DNA of 39,332 bases from Octopus sinensis (Eukaryota): contig NW_021835549.1 in NCBI RefSeq assembly GCF_006345805.1, positions 1-39,332 of the forward strand. The letters are read 5' to 3'. Shown one piece after another: positions 39,013 to 39,332 of this stretch; position 1 is the first letter of the stretch; each line of letters begins with the position of its first letter. A program made the position numbers and the translations under genes. The notes under the pieces are model-generated. The model made no database searches and had not been told where the DNA came from. It worked only from the letters and a program-made list of their open reading frames with translations.

Positions 39013-39332
39013 GATGTAGTTGTGTGTGCTACATATCGCCCTCCAGATGCCCCAAGCCAAGTGGGCAAGTTTGAAGACTGCCTTATAAAAATAAGTTAAA
39101 CCACATTAGAACAACACATAAGTGTACTTCTATGGAGACTTCAATCTGCCCAATGTCAGATGGCCGAGGGCCTTTCTCTCCCAGGAATGACAAGATGTGA
39201 ACGAGGACAGGCGAGGTCCCTCCTGAACCTCATCAACACCCTGTACATGGAGCAGGTAATACTCCAACCAACCAGGGCAGTAACACACTGGATCTCTGCT
39301 TCACAATGACAGGATCTCATCCATAATGTGAA
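39013..39332 (+). mobile_element. CR1/L2-group LINE ORF2 AP-endonuclease fragment, degenerate, runs off the window
   Basis: DVVVCATYRPP...YFYGDFNLPNVRWP...SLLNLINTLYMEQVILQPTR/GSNTLDLCFT/DLIHNV across stops and frameshifts. YRPP, GDFN and TR..N.LDL are APE motifs. Confidence 0.88.

Overview
AT-rich, microsatellite-saturated animal genomic DNA with no confidently recognisable host gene. The repeat landscape (several tRNA-headed SINE families, extreme (TA)n/(GATA)n/(TAA)n load) resembles an Octopus-type cephalopod genome; this is inference, not verified. Almost all ORFs in the track are microsatellite artefacts. Recognisable content: a full-length decayed DD34D mariner (551-1841) and a second mariner 3' relic; two CR1-group LINE fragments; a Penelope-like (PLE) GIY-YIG tail; a stack of R4/Dong-like 3' ends inside (TAA)n; about 15 SINE pieces including a tandem trimer; and a 5x79-bp minisatellite. 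Two observations stand out. (1) About nine type-I hammerhead-ribozyme-like motifs from several unrelated repeat families, nearly all with a palindromic stem III; several carry a compensatory U3-A8 core (UUGANAA) that CUGANGA searches would miss. (2) Four unrelated short-loop fold-back palindromes (about 290, 204, 95 and 807 bp). The largest has a 1-nt loop, no substitutions between arms and a ribozyme-like motif in each arm.
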